64,000 nt of DNA, taken from contig OY759599.1 in assembly GCA_963662465.1 (NCBI GenBank), positions 7,488,001 to 7,552,000 of the forward strand, given 5' to 3'. This document shows positions 17,340 to 26,504 of this stretch, one piece after another. Below the pieces are notes generated by a model that was not told where the DNA came from, ran no database searches, and worked only from the letters and a program-made list of their open reading frames with translations. The stretch comes from Desulfatiglandales bacterium (GTDB lineage Bacteria; Desulfobacterota; DSM-4660; Desulfatiglandales; Desulfatiglandaceae). The first letter of the stretch is position 1. Each line of letters opens with the position of its first letter. The position numbers and the translations under genes are program-made.

Positions 17340-18644
17340 TCAGTTCATCAGATCCGGTAACCAGGTGACGGTTTCAGGGACGGCGATCATGACCGCCGTT
17401 CCGAAAATAAGGGCCAGCAGAAACGGAAAAGCCCCCTTAAAGATGGTTACCAGGGGCACATCCTTGGCGATCCCTCGCGTAATGTAGACGCTGATGCCCA
17501 CCGGAGGGGTGATAATTCCCATGTGGGTGACCAGTACAATAATGATGCCGAACCAGATGGGATCATATCCCAGATTCATGGCAATGGGATAAAATATGGG
17601 GATTGTGAGCATGATCAGCGCCAATGAATCGATAAAACAGCCTCCCAACAGAAAAATTAAACAAATCAAGCCCATAATGGCCCAGGCCGGCCAGTTGAGC
17701 AGGGCCACGGCATTGGCCATTTCAAGGGGTATCCGCGTCAAGGCCAGGAAATGACCAAAAATAGTGGCGCCCGCAATGAGCATGATGACCATGCAGGATA
17801 TCTTGAGGGTGCCGTAAACGGCGTTCTGGAAGTTTTCCCAGGAAAGTTTATGGCGGAGCAGGACGATCAACAGAATGGTAAAGGCCCCCACCGCCCCTGA
17901 TTTTGTGGGAGTAAACAGGCCGGTTACCAGACCCCCCATGACAAACAGGAATACCGCCAAGGTTTCCCATAGTGCTTTCAGGGAAAAGAGCATCTCCTTG
18001 AGGGTGAACTTTTCTCCACTGGGTCCCTGTTCCGGTTTAATGGCGCAATAGATTCCAATGGCCGCCATAAACAGAAGGGTCATGAAAATGGCGGGGAGAA
18101 CCCCCGCAATGAACAATGCTCCGATGGATTGTTCCGTCAAAATGCCGTAAACGATGAGGACCACGCTGGGCGGCATCAAGGATCCGAGACCGCCGCCCGA
18201 GGCAACGCAACCGGTGGCCAGTTCCGATCCATAGTGATACCGTTTCATCTCGGGAAGACCGATGGTTCCCATGGTGGCGGTGGTGGCCGTGGCGGACCCG
18301 CAAACGGCGCCGAATGCTGCACAGGCGGCCACTGTGGCCATGGCAAGACCTCCCCTGACCCGCCCCGTGAATTTATAGGCCACATCATAGAGCGAGCCGC
18401 TGACGCCGGCATAAAAGGCGATGTAGCCCATGAAGACGAACAGCGGTATCAACGTCAACCCATAGGATGAAAAAACGCTGAAAATGTCCGTTGATAGGAG
18501 GCGCAATCCGGCCCTGATACTGGTCAGGTAGGAGAAACCGATGAACCCCACAAGGGCCATGACATATGCCACCGCCATACCGGTAAAGAGCATGAGGATG
18601 AGAAAAACGATGCCGATGATGCCCGCGATGGTGAATTCATTCAT
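17340..18644 (-). CDS. dctM: TRAP transporter large permease
   Basis: IPLFVFMG, GGLAMATV, FGAVCGS, LMPPSVVLIVYG, ITPPVG. Confidence 0.93.
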   Translation of the reverse strand: MNEFTIAGIIGIVFLILMLFTGMAVAYVMALVGFIGFSYLTSIRAGLRLLSTDIFSVFSSYGLTLIPLFVFMGYIAFYAGVSGSLYDVAYKFTGRVRGGLAMATVAACAAFGAVCGSATATTATMGTIGLPEMKRYHYGSELATGCVASGGGLGSLMPPSVVLIVYGILTEQSIGALFIAGVLPAIFMTLLFMAAIGIYCAIKPEQGPSGEKFTLKEMLFSLKALWETLAVFLFVMGGLVTGLFTPTKSGAVGAFTILLIVLLRHKLSWENFQNAVYGTLKISCMVIMLIAGATIFGHFLALTRIPLEMANAVALLNWPAWAIMGLICLIFLLGGCFIDSLALIMLTIPIFYPIAMNLGYDPIWFGIIIVLVTHMGIITPPVGISVYITRGIAKDVPLVTIFKGAFPFLLALIFGTAVMIAVPETVTWLPDLMN

Positions 18645-19117
18645 GTGGGTTCTCTTCTATTTTTAAAGAGCGTCAGAAACTCCATAAAAATGACCAGCGC
18701 CAGGATGGCGCAGGCGAAAGACACCCCGTAGATGAGATAGAAGGTGGGAAACTGCAGCGTTGCCGAGACTTGCCCGGCGTCGCCCATTTCACCGGCGTAT
18801 ACCCAACATTGCCATGCCACCAGACAGAAGAGGCCCGATGACAAAAGGGCCGCCATGCCATCATTGACTTTTCTGATGCGCACCGGCAGCCGCATGCGAA
18901 GCAGGTCCACACCCACATGCGCTTTTTCCAGTTCCGCAAAAGGCAGGGCAAAGGCCAGCAACAAAAATGCCATCATACCCGTCAATTCTTCGGAGCCTAA
19001 AAGCGGATGCCCGAAGAAGCCGCCCACCACATCGGCGCATGTCAGGAGCATCATGGCGATGAGGCATACGCCGCCCGCCTTTTTAAGGATTTCCGAAAGC
19101 CACCTCGCAATATTCAT
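18641..19117 (-). CDS. dctQ: TRAP transporter small permease
   Basis: Four TM helices, GSEEL, HVGVDL; lies between dctP and dctM. Confidence 0.88.
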   Translation of the reverse strand: MNIARWLSEILKKAGGVCLIAMMLLTCADVVGGFFGHPLLGSEELTGMMAFLLLAFALPFAELEKAHVGVDLLRMRLPVRIRKVNDGMAALLSSGLFCLVAWQCWVYAGEMGDAGQVSATLQFPTFYLIYGVSFACAILALVIFMEFLTLFKNRREPT

Positions 19118-19136
19118 GTTTTTCTCCGGCTTGAGG

Positions 19137-20225
19137 TTACTTTTTCTCCATGTATTCGCTTTCAAACTTTCCCTTTTGATGGTCTGCCAGTCGTGTTTTT
19201 ACAAACTCAAGCACGTCCTTGCCGGGAAGTCCTTTTTTTTCGTTTTCGTCAAGGTATTCCCGCAGTACCGGCTGGACCGCTTTCGTCCATCGTTTGGCTT
19301 CCTTGGGGCCGATGCCGATCATGGCATTACCGGATTGGAGCAGGAAATTGATCCCCTCAAAGGCGCCGGCTTCCCATGCCTTGCCGTGCTTGAAAATCCA
19401 TTCGCTGTTGATTTCCTCGATAATCTTTTGGTCCTTTTCGGACAGCGTATTCCATTTGTCCTTGTTCATGACCACAAAAAAGCCTAAGGAATACGCCGTG
19501 GGGTAGCAGGCGATGACATAGTCCGTCACCTCCGCCATCTTCCACCCCTTGTTGGATTCAAGCGGATACAAGCCCCCTTGGACCACCCCCTTTTGGAGGG
19601 ATTGATATAGTTCATTCATGGGAAAAGCGGTGGGGGTGCCTCCCAGGGTCTTGATCATGCCGGCGGTGGGGCCATGGGAACGGATCTTGAGACCCTTCAG
19701 GTCCTCCATTTTATGGACGGCTTTTCCTTTGGTGTGGATAAATCCGGGACCATGGGCATGCAGATAAAGGACTTTCACCTCGTCCAATTCCTTCGGCTGG
19801 AATTTTTCATAGACTTCATTGATGATGGCCGTCGAAACCTGTCCGCTGGGATATCCCAGGGGGAGATTGATGAAGTCCATCATGGGGAATCGCCCCCTCG
19901 TATATTGTAGAACGGAACATCCCACGTCCGAAAGACCCGTCTTGACCCCCTGGTAATTCTGAACGGCCTTGGTCAGGGTTTGCCCCGGGTAATGGGTTAT
20001 CTTTACCCGTCCCTCCGTTCTTTTTAGAACCTCTTGACACCATGCCGCTTCCAGTTTGCTTTGAGGATGGGTGGGGGGCATGAAGCCACTATAGGTCATC
20101 TGGATGGTGTCTTCCGCGACCGCAGTCATGGGCCATAGGAAACAGATCAGCGCCAGGGCTGAAACCGCTAGATTCAGGAGTGGAACTCTCACTGCGATGC
20201 CCCCATGAACAACCTTCTTCTTCAT
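19137..20225 (-). CDS. dctP: TRAP transporter substrate-binding protein
   Basis: Signal peptide, GRFP, EDLKGLKIR, ELYQSLQKGVV, MNKDKWN. Confidence 0.92.
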   Translation of the reverse strand: MKKKVVHGGIAVRVPLLNLAVSALALICFLWPMTAVAEDTIQMTYSGFMPPTHPQSKLEAAWCQEVLKRTEGRVKITHYPGQTLTKAVQNYQGVKTGLSDVGCSVLQYTRGRFPMMDFINLPLGYPSGQVSTAIINEVYEKFQPKELDEVKVLYLHAHGPGFIHTKGKAVHKMEDLKGLKIRSHGPTAGMIKTLGGTPTAFPMNELYQSLQKGVVQGGLYPLESNKGWKMAEVTDYVIACYPTAYSLGFFVVMNKDKWNTLSEKDQKIIEEINSEWIFKHGKAWEAGAFEGINFLLQSGNAMIGIGPKEAKRWTKAVQPVLREYLDENEKKGLPGKDVLEFVKTRLADHQKGKFESEYMEKK

Positions 20226-20504
20226 TTTTCAAACCTCCCATTATCGTATTGATTGAACGATCATTTCCGTTTAAAAACCCACTTGTCGAGCATCTCGAAC
20301 ACCCGTCCCCCCATATTTCCGGTTTCAATGGGCAGATCTAGCACAGGACGGGGATTCGGATCAAGTTATGAATCTTCACCCTCTTGGAAAGAATTTAACC
20401 GTGAGTGAGAATCGGAACTTGATTCCATGGGGGTGTCTGTCATATGAATGGGGTGTATTTGTTTTCAGATGCATTTAAAAGAAGAAAAGATAGAGGATTA
20501 ATCT

Positions 20505-21275
20505 ATGAAAGGACTTGGATCAGCCATTAGAACCCTGACCATTCTGCCGTGCCGGGGTGGAGAAGATGAAAGCCTTGCGGACAGTCTTTACTGGTTTGTG
20601 GGGGTGGGGTTTGGCTTGGGGTTGGTGCTTTTTGCCGTTGGCGCCCTGTGGCAGTGGATTTTACCGACGCAATGGCCCCTGGGTGGGGCTGTTTTGCTGG
20701 TGGCGCTGGAGGTGTTCCTGACCCGGGGGCTTCATCTGGACGGGTTGGCGGACTGGGCCGATTCCATCGGCGGGTTTGGTCGACAACGGCGGTTAATTAT
20801 CATGAAGGATGTGTCCCTGGGCGCTTTCGGGTCCCTGGCCCTGATTCTGGATGTGGTTTTTCGGGTGGTGATGATTGAGCGACTCATCTCCTCGGGTTCC
20901 CTCATATGGATACTGGCGGTCAGCGCCATTTCAAGGGATATGATGGTGGGGTTGATTACCACGCTTCCCTACGCCCGTGTCGGGGAAGGGATGGCCGGTC
21001 CTTTTGTGGTTGGCGCTTCCAAAGAGCACTGGTTTTTTTCCCATTGCCTCTGCCTGATGGTGTGCCTGCTTTTCGGACCGTTGGGGGTGGGCCTGTTCCT
21101 TCTGGGATGGGGTTTTACAAAGTTATACGGAAAAAGGTGCCTGAGAGAGTTCGGGGGCATTACCGGGGATCTTCTGGGAACCGCCAATGAGATGGTAAGC
21201 CTTCTTTTGCTGCTGCTCTGCGCGGCCTGGGGAGAGTCAATTATGTCGGTGACCGGTTGGTTCTGGCTGAGATAA
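20505..21275 (+). CDS. cobS: Cobalamin synthase
   Basis: TRGLHLDGLADWAD, IMKD..GAFG, GGITGDLLG. Confidence 0.93.
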   Translation: MKGLGSAIRTLTILPCRGGEDESLADSLYWFVGVGFGLGLVLFAVGALWQWILPTQWPLGGAVLLVALEVFLTRGLHLDGLADWADSIGGFGRQRRLIIMKDVSLGAFGSLALILDVVFRVVMIERLISSGSLIWILAVSAISRDMMVGLITTLPYARVGEGMAGPFVVGASKEHWFFSHCLCLMVCLLFGPLGVGLFLLGWGFTKLYGKRCLREFGGITGDLLGTANEMVSLLLLLLCAAWGESIMSVTGWFWLR

Positions 21276-21293
21276 AAGATAAAAGGAATATTT

Positions 21294-22283
21294 ATGTCCA
21301 AATGGATCATGGTATTGTGGATGGGGTTTTTGCTGGATGTTTTTCTGGGAGATCCCGAATATCGGTTTCATCCCATCCGGTTGATGGGCCGCGGCATCTT
21401 TCTGGGGGAGAGATGGTTGCGAAGGCTGGGGCTTGCCGGTCGGTCAGGCGGGGGCTTTCTTGCCCTGGCGCTTGTAGGGGTGACGCTTTCGGTTTTTTTG
21501 CTCTTATCGTGGATGTTGAACGCCGTTTTTTGGCCGTTGGCATTTCTTTTTCAGGTGTTTGTTTGTTTCTCCTGCCTGGCCCTGCGGGACTTGATGGCGC
21601 ATCTGGATCCCGTGGTGGATGCCCTTGAAGCAGGGGATCTCGATTCCGCCAGGCTGAGTGTGGCAAGGGTCGTGGGTCGTGATGTTTCGTCCCTGGACGA
21701 AAAGGGGGTGGTTCGGGCAGCAGTGGAAACCCTGGCCGAGAATTTTATTGATGGTTTTATTTCGCCTCTTTTCTGGTATATGTTGGGGGGCTTGTTGGGG
21801 TTGCTGCTGAACGTTGATCCCCTCAAACCGGCCCTTTGTTTTATGCTGGTTTTCAAAGTCGCCAGTACCATGGATTCCATGGTAGGCTACCAAAACGAGC
21901 AATATGAAGCTTTCGGATGGGCCGGGGCAAAACTGGATGACATCATGAATTTCGTTCCGGCGCGGCTTTCCTTGGTTTTTCTCTTCCTGGGAGCTATGTT
22001 CACCGGACTCAATGGGGTTCGAGGTTTGAAAATCGGTTTTCGGGACCGGTTGAAGCATGATTCTCCCAATGCGGCTCATGGGGAAAGCTTTGTGGCGGGC
22101 GCCTTGGGCCTTCGTCTGGGCGGTCCCACAAGCTATGAAAACGTTATTAAGGATAAACCCTGGTTGGGTGAGAGCTTGAAGGAGCCGAGCCCTTCGGACG
22201 TCGTGAAAACCATGTGGCGCCTCTGTTGTTCCGCTTGGATTGCGATGGTTTTTTCAACCGCTGCACTGTTTTGGATCTCCTGA
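21294..22283 (+). CDS. cbiB: Adenosylcobinamide-phosphate synthase
   Basis: GDPE..HPI, VGRD, ETLAEN..DG, TMDSMVGY, DDIMNFVPARL, SPNA. Confidence 0.93.
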   Translation: MSKWIMVLWMGFLLDVFLGDPEYRFHPIRLMGRGIFLGERWLRRLGLAGRSGGGFLALALVGVTLSVFLLLSWMLNAVFWPLAFLFQVFVCFSCLALRDLMAHLDPVVDALEAGDLDSARLSVARVVGRDVSSLDEKGVVRAAVETLAENFIDGFISPLFWYMLGGLLGLLLNVDPLKPALCFMLVFKVASTMDSMVGYQNEQYEAFGWAGAKLDDIMNFVPARLSLVFLFLGAMFTGLNGVRGLKIGFRDRLKHDSPNAAHGESFVAGALGLRLGGPTSYENVIKDKPWLGESLKEPSPSDVVKTMWRLCCSAWIAMVFSTAALFWIS

Positions 22284-22296
22284 AAGGGACCTTTAT

Positions 22297-23484
22297 ATGT
22301 CGAAGATTTTACTCGCGGATGACGATTTTTCAATAGGGATGGAGATCGAGGAGATGCTCACGGCCCTGGGTTACGATTTCGTAGGACAGGCCGGATCAGG
22401 TCGGCAGGCGGTACAAATGGCGCGAGACCTGCGCCCCGACATGGTTCTCATGGATATTGTGATGCCGGGAGAAATGAATGGCGTCGAAGCTGCCGAGAAA
22501 ATCAAGGCGGAATTGGGTCTCCCAATCGTTTTTGTTTCCGGGTATGGAGACGTAGAATACATCGAAGCGGTAAAGCAGATAGAGCCTTTTGGCTACATCA
22601 TGAAGCCCTTTTATGAAGAGGAGATACGGGCAGCCGTTGAAATCGCGTTTTACAAAAGGAAAATGGAACTAAAACTGAAGGAAGCCAACGATCGGGTCAA
22701 ACAGCATCAGGAAATGCTGACGGTTGTCATCCATAAGAGCCCCGTCCCTATAGCGGTAGCTGGTTTGGATGGTTCCATCCTCTCTTTCAATGAAGCGCTC
22801 GTATCGTTGACTGGATACCGGCAGGAGGAGGTAAAGGATTTTGAGGATTTGGCCGCTAAACTTAATCCTGATGAGAAAGACGGGACCCTTTTATGGGAAA
22901 AAATTGGGTGGGTTCCGGTGGAAGAAACAAAGGACGCCTATGCGCTTATGATCAGGGGAAAGGATGGCGCCATAAAGAATGTGGATTTCCATGCGGCTCG
23001 TTTTGAAGACGGCGTGATTATCCAGATGGTTGATGTCACTGCCCGGAAACGTGCGGAGCAAGCGCTCAAAACTTCAGAACGACAGATGGCTCAGATTATT
23101 GATTTTCTTCCGGATGCCACATTTGTCATCGACAATGAAGGCAGGGTAGTGGCCTGGAATCGTGCCATTGAGAGGATGTCGGGGGTAAAGGCGGAAGAGA
23201 TGTTGGGAAAAGGAAACTACGAATATGCGATCCCCGGTTTCGGGGAGCGAAGGCCGATTCTGATAGACCTCGTGAGAAAATGGGATAATGAGATAGCGAA
23301 GACCTACCGGTATGTAAAGAGAGAGGATGAATGCCTTGTTTCCGAGACCTATGATTCTCTGGTTAAGCCCGGTCTCATTCTGTGGAACAAGGCCTCCTTG
23401 ATTTATGATGCCGAGGGTAAAGTCATTGGGGCTATTGAATCGATTCGGGATATTTCCGACAGGAAGGTTGCGGCGGAGGGGTGA
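22297..23484 (+). CDS. Receiver plus two PAS domains; probably a truncated hybrid sensor kinase
   Basis: ILLADDD, MDIVMP, GYIMKPF; PAS domains ending ESIRDISDRK; receiver remnant (SGEPFDAVMLDLSI) follows at about 23533-23590. Confidence 0.8.
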   Translation: MSKILLADDDFSIGMEIEEMLTALGYDFVGQAGSGRQAVQMARDLRPDMVLMDIVMPGEMNGVEAAEKIKAELGLPIVFVSGYGDVEYIEAVKQIEPFGYIMKPFYEEEIRAAVEIAFYKRKMELKLKEANDRVKQHQEMLTVVIHKSPVPIAVAGLDGSILSFNEALVSLTGYRQEEVKDFEDLAAKLNPDEKDGTLLWEKIGWVPVEETKDAYALMIRGKDGAIKNVDFHAARFEDGVIIQMVDVTARKRAEQALKTSERQMAQIIDFLPDATFVIDNEGRVVAWNRAIERMSGVKAEEMLGKGNYEYAIPGFGERRPILIDLVRKWDNEIAKTYRYVKREDECLVSETYDSLVKPGLILWNKASLIYDAEGKVIGAIESIRDISDRKVAAEG

Positions 23485-23598
23485 GGACTGTGCTAAAGCG
23501 GGCTATGCCCCATGGCGGGCTTCTTCATGAGTATGAATTCAGGCGAACCCTTTGACGCGGTTATGCTGGATCTGTCGATTAAGAGTGGAAGCCAGGAA

Positions 23599-26241
23599 TC
23601 AACGTGCTAGTTTTTTTTCCAGTGTTTCAATGATTTCCCTCAACCGGTTTTCATCTTCCATTTTCTGACCTTCCAGATCCCGGACGTAAAAAATGTCCGC
23701 AACCTGATCTCCTTTGGTGGCGATTTTGGCAATCCGGATATCCAACCCCAGTTCGAAAAGGGTTCGGGTGAGGCGGTACAGGAGTCCCACGCGATCATCG
23801 GCAAACACTTCGATGAGAGTGAAAAAGTCGGAGGCTCTATTATTCAGGATGATTTTTGGCGGCAGTGACGGTTTTTTGGGTACATCCAGAATGGATGGGG
23901 TTTCCTTTTCCTGAATCCGATCTTCCAGTGATAATGCGCCTGTGAAGATGTCTTCCACATCTTTTTTGACCTTTTCCCATACTTCACGGGACCTGCGGGG
24001 ATCGGGATGGGGGGTTGCCTTGAAGATATCGACCGCTGTGCCGTCTCCCCAGGTATAGATGTTGGCAGCCACCACGTTCACATTATTGATGGCCAGGGCC
24101 CCGGCGATTCGGGAAAAAATTCCCGGTTGGTCACGGGACAGAAAGGTAATGTCCACGCAGCTTTCCATCTCATTTTCCTTGATTTCAAGGGCAAAGTTCG
24201 GAACTTTTTCATTTTCCGGGTACTCCGCCAGGTCTTTTAGCATCTTAACATGGTGGATGATTTCATGGGGTGTGCAGTTCAGGAGATATCGGGGCGACAT
24301 GGCCGAAAAAAGCGCGTTCTGCTCTGATTCTTTCAAGGCGGGAAAGGCTTTTCGAACCTTTAACAGGGTTTCGTCGGCCTTGTCGGATGCGTCGCGGGTG
24401 GCCAGCTCTTCTCCCAGAAAGATGTTGAGAATTTTGAAAAAGAGTTCCTGCATCAGGTTTGCCGTCCAGGTATTCCAGGCCCGGGGACCCGTTGCCCGGG
24501 CATCCGCCCATGACAACACATAGAGCATTTTAAGTTTAGCAATATCACGGATGGTGCGTGCACATTGAACAATGACTTTTTCATCGCGCAGATCCCTTCT
24601 CGTTGCGGTTTCCACCAGCAGATGATGGTGTCGGATGAGGAAGAGGGTCTGTTCTGCTTCAACTTTGGGATAATTAAAGCGTTTCAGAAGGGTTTCCGCA
24701 ATTTCAGCGCCCTTTTGTGCATGATTTTTTTCGGTTTTCCCCATGTCGTGAAGGAGTCCTGCCAGGAAAAGGGGTTCCGGGTCGGGCAGGTCGCTGAAGA
24801 TATCCACCAGAAGAATGTCTTTTCCCCCGGCCAGTGTCTTCAAATGCCTGACGGTTTCCAGCGAATGCCGTCCCACCGGAAAAATGTGGTAGGCATCAAA
24901 TTGCACCCGATCTCTTATTCTCGAAAATTCAGGTATAAAGGCTTCAAGGAACCCTGTTTCAAACATTTTGTCGAGGGCTTCAAAGGCCTTTTTGTTATTG
25001 AGGATGTTCAGGAAGGATTCAGCCATGTGTTCGGAGGCCCTGAATTTATCGTCCACCAGGAAGAGAAATTCTCGAATCAACCTTTCGGTTTCCATGGAAA
25101 GGGGCTCGCCGGATCGGGCCATTTGCTCAAATATGTTTATCAGGAGAAACGGTTTTGAGAGAATGGCCGTGGCTGAGTCAAACCGGATCTTGCCGTCCCG
25201 GATGCTTAATCCCTCGTATGGCGGTTGTTGTGAATCGTCCGTTTCGGGGGAGGCGGAAGTATGTTGCGGTGGGAGATGGGCTGCCGCAAAAGAACGATTC
25301 AGGGTCTTGATGGTTGCCATGGCGCGATGGAGTTGCCCCATAAATTGTTCAACGGCCAGGAAGCTGCCTTTATCGCGATATCCCAGCCACCGGGCGATAT
25401 TTTCCTGGAATTCAAAGCTGAGCCGGTCGTTTTTCCTGCCGGCCAACTGATGCAGCCTGTTTCGAACCAGTCCGATAAATCCGAGATCTTTTTTGAGTGC
25501 CCCGTATTCCCTGTGGGACAGTTTCCCATGGTATTCCAAATCTTTGGGGGTTATCAGCTCAAAAAGCGCTTTTGCGTGCCACAGCATCTCATGATAGTCC
25601 CTAAGCCCACCGATGCCTTCCTTAAGGTCTGGTTCAAGGAGATGGCTGGCGTCTCCAAAGACTTCCATACGGATTTTGTGGTTGTTTTCCAGCCATCGAG
25701 AGATTTCCACTGCTTTTCTGGCGGCTATTTTTTTGTGAAGGGATTCCATGAGGGAGAGGTAGATGGGGGAATTCCCGCATATGAATCGGGCGTCCATGAT
25801 GGATGTCAATACTTCAAAATCATTTTTGGAAAGGTTAATGCAATCTTTAACCGTGCGAACGCCGTACCCCAGGTCCAGGCCAAGATCCCACAGGGGATAG
25901 AAAAATTCCTCAGCCAGTTCTTTTGCCAAAGGGGGTATTTTTGATCTAAACAGGATGAGGATATCGATGTCCGAATGAAAGTTGAGTTCCCCACGTCCAT
26001 ATCCGCCAACGGCCAAAATGGCAAAGGGGATCCGTTTTTTGAACAAACCATGTCCCGCCGTGCTGTTCTGATGGGTCTGCCTGAAATATTGGTCCACTAT
26101 TTCAGAGTATGCTTCTGAAAAGCCATGGGGTGAACTTGCATTTTCAAACTGCAAGGCCAGGGCCTGTCTGGAATCCTCAAGTGCTCTGGATGCCGATGTT
26201 TTTTCGATGTTTTGATTCGGTGTGCATTTTTTCGCCAACAT
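23599..26241 (-). CDS. glnD: [Protein-PII] uridylyltransferase, copy 1
   Basis: AVGGYGRGEL..SDIDI, EPDLKEGIGGLRD, HD domain LLHDMGK, two ACT domains. Confidence 0.93.
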   Translation of the reverse strand: MLAKKCTPNQNIEKTSASRALEDSRQALALQFENASSPHGFSEAYSEIVDQYFRQTHQNSTAGHGLFKKRIPFAILAVGGYGRGELNFHSDIDILILFRSKIPPLAKELAEEFFYPLWDLGLDLGYGVRTVKDCINLSKNDFEVLTSIMDARFICGNSPIYLSLMESLHKKIAARKAVEISRWLENNHKIRMEVFGDASHLLEPDLKEGIGGLRDYHEMLWHAKALFELITPKDLEYHGKLSHREYGALKKDLGFIGLVRNRLHQLAGRKNDRLSFEFQENIARWLGYRDKGSFLAVEQFMGQLHRAMATIKTLNRSFAAAHLPPQHTSASPETDDSQQPPYEGLSIRDGKIRFDSATAILSKPFLLINIFEQMARSGEPLSMETERLIREFLFLVDDKFRASEHMAESFLNILNNKKAFEALDKMFETGFLEAFIPEFSRIRDRVQFDAYHIFPVGRHSLETVRHLKTLAGGKDILLVDIFSDLPDPEPLFLAGLLHDMGKTEKNHAQKGAEIAETLLKRFNYPKVEAEQTLFLIRHHHLLVETATRRDLRDEKVIVQCARTIRDIAKLKMLYVLSWADARATGPRAWNTWTANLMQELFFKILNIFLGEELATRDASDKADETLLKVRKAFPALKESEQNALFSAMSPRYLLNCTPHEIIHHVKMLKDLAEYPENEKVPNFALEIKENEMESCVDITFLSRDQPGIFSRIAGALAINNVNVVAANIYTWGDGTAVDIFKATPHPDPRRSREVWEKVKKDVEDIFTGALSLEDRIQEKETPSILDVPKKPSLPPKIILNNRASDFFTLIEVFADDRVGLLYRLTRTLFELGLDIRIAKIATKGDQVADIFYVRDLEGQKMEDENRLREIIETLEKKLAR

Positions 26242-26315
26242 GGCAAAGTCTCCTTGCTGCTTTCACTGTCTTAAATGTGGGAAGGTTTTCACCCTCTGGT
26301 TAAAAAGTAATCCAC

Positions 26316-26331
26316 TGCAACTGGCGTGCCA
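26316..26331 (-). promoter_or_regulatory. sigma54 (-24/-12) promoter of glnD copy 1
   Basis: Minus strand TGGCAC-GCCAG-TTGCA, a perfect consensus about 75 bp upstream of the start. Confidence 0.85.
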
Positions 26332-26402
26332 TTGCCGGTTCTCGCCCAAAAGAGCCTTACGGATGAATTTTGCGTTGTATATTCATCAAGAAAAACATAC
26401 GA

Positions 26403-26435
26403 TAGTTTTAAGTTTTAGGTCTTAAGTTTTACGTT
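26403..26435. repeat. Heptamer tandem repeat (AAGTTTT type)
   Basis: TAGTTTT AAGTTTT AGGTCTT AAGTTTT. Confidence 0.7.
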
Positions 26436-26504
26436 GTTCCGTCAATGAATTTCTTGTTTTTCGTGACAGGTTTTTAGAAAATAAGGTACGAAGGAGATTT
26501 TTAT

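Noticed and set aside
20226..20504. Cobalamin riboswitch upstream of cobS
   Set aside because: No convincing B12-box or core motifs could be read; would need an Rfam scan
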